DNA from: Bispira polyomma
Taxonomy: Eukaryota
Assembly (NCBI GenBank): GCA_965649765.1
Contig: OZ287751.1
Span: 44,268,001 to 44,332,000, forward strand
Direction of reading: 5' to 3'
Length of the DNA: 64,000 nt
Shown here: positions 63,833 through 64,000 of the stretch, one piece after another
How the letters are laid out: each line of letters starts with the position of its first letter
How positions within the stretch are numbered: the stretch's first letter is position 1
Notes under the pieces: generated by a model
Databases searched by the model: none
What the model was told of the DNA's origin: nothing
What the model saw: only the letters and a program-made list of their open reading frames with translations
Translations under genes and position numbers: made by a program

Positions 63833-64000
63833 GTAAGGCTTGGAACTATCCTTGATATATTGTTAACAAATATGTCATTGGTTATTAGGGCTGTAATTAG
63901 TCAACTAATGGGTGCTGGTATTGATTAATAGTTATATCTGTACAATTATTTTGAAAGCCGCTCTAAGAACCAGTTTTAGCAGCATGGGGTCTGAAGTAGA

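Overview
AT-rich, repeat-dense animal genomic DNA, probably a marine invertebrate; the species cannot be determined from the sequence. Almost all short ORFs in the supplied track are noise. The window lies inside one large plus-strand gene for a voltage-gated calcium channel alpha2/delta subunit (CACNA2D family, most like alpha2delta-3/4/straightjacket). I assembled 21 exons by hand between 8736 and 63832 with GT-AG boundaries and consistent phases; the gene start and end lie outside the window. Main finding: two clusters of tandemly duplicated, apparently mutually exclusive exons (2 copies at 17263/19484; 3 copies at 45047/48224/49184). They encode the two halves of the dCache_1 amino-acid/gabapentinoid-binding pocket that flank the VWA domain, and they differ at the pocket residues, allowing up to 2x3 = 6 pocket variants from one gene. 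The introns contain a full-length Ngaro-type tyrosine-recombinase retrotransposon (23144-30069) with a probable spliced gag-YR fusion, a 5'-truncated Penelope-like element with a hammerhead-like motif, a probable non-autonomous Ginger element, SINEs, L2/CR1 fragments, MITEs, a candidate recursive splice site and several minisatellites at splice junctions.
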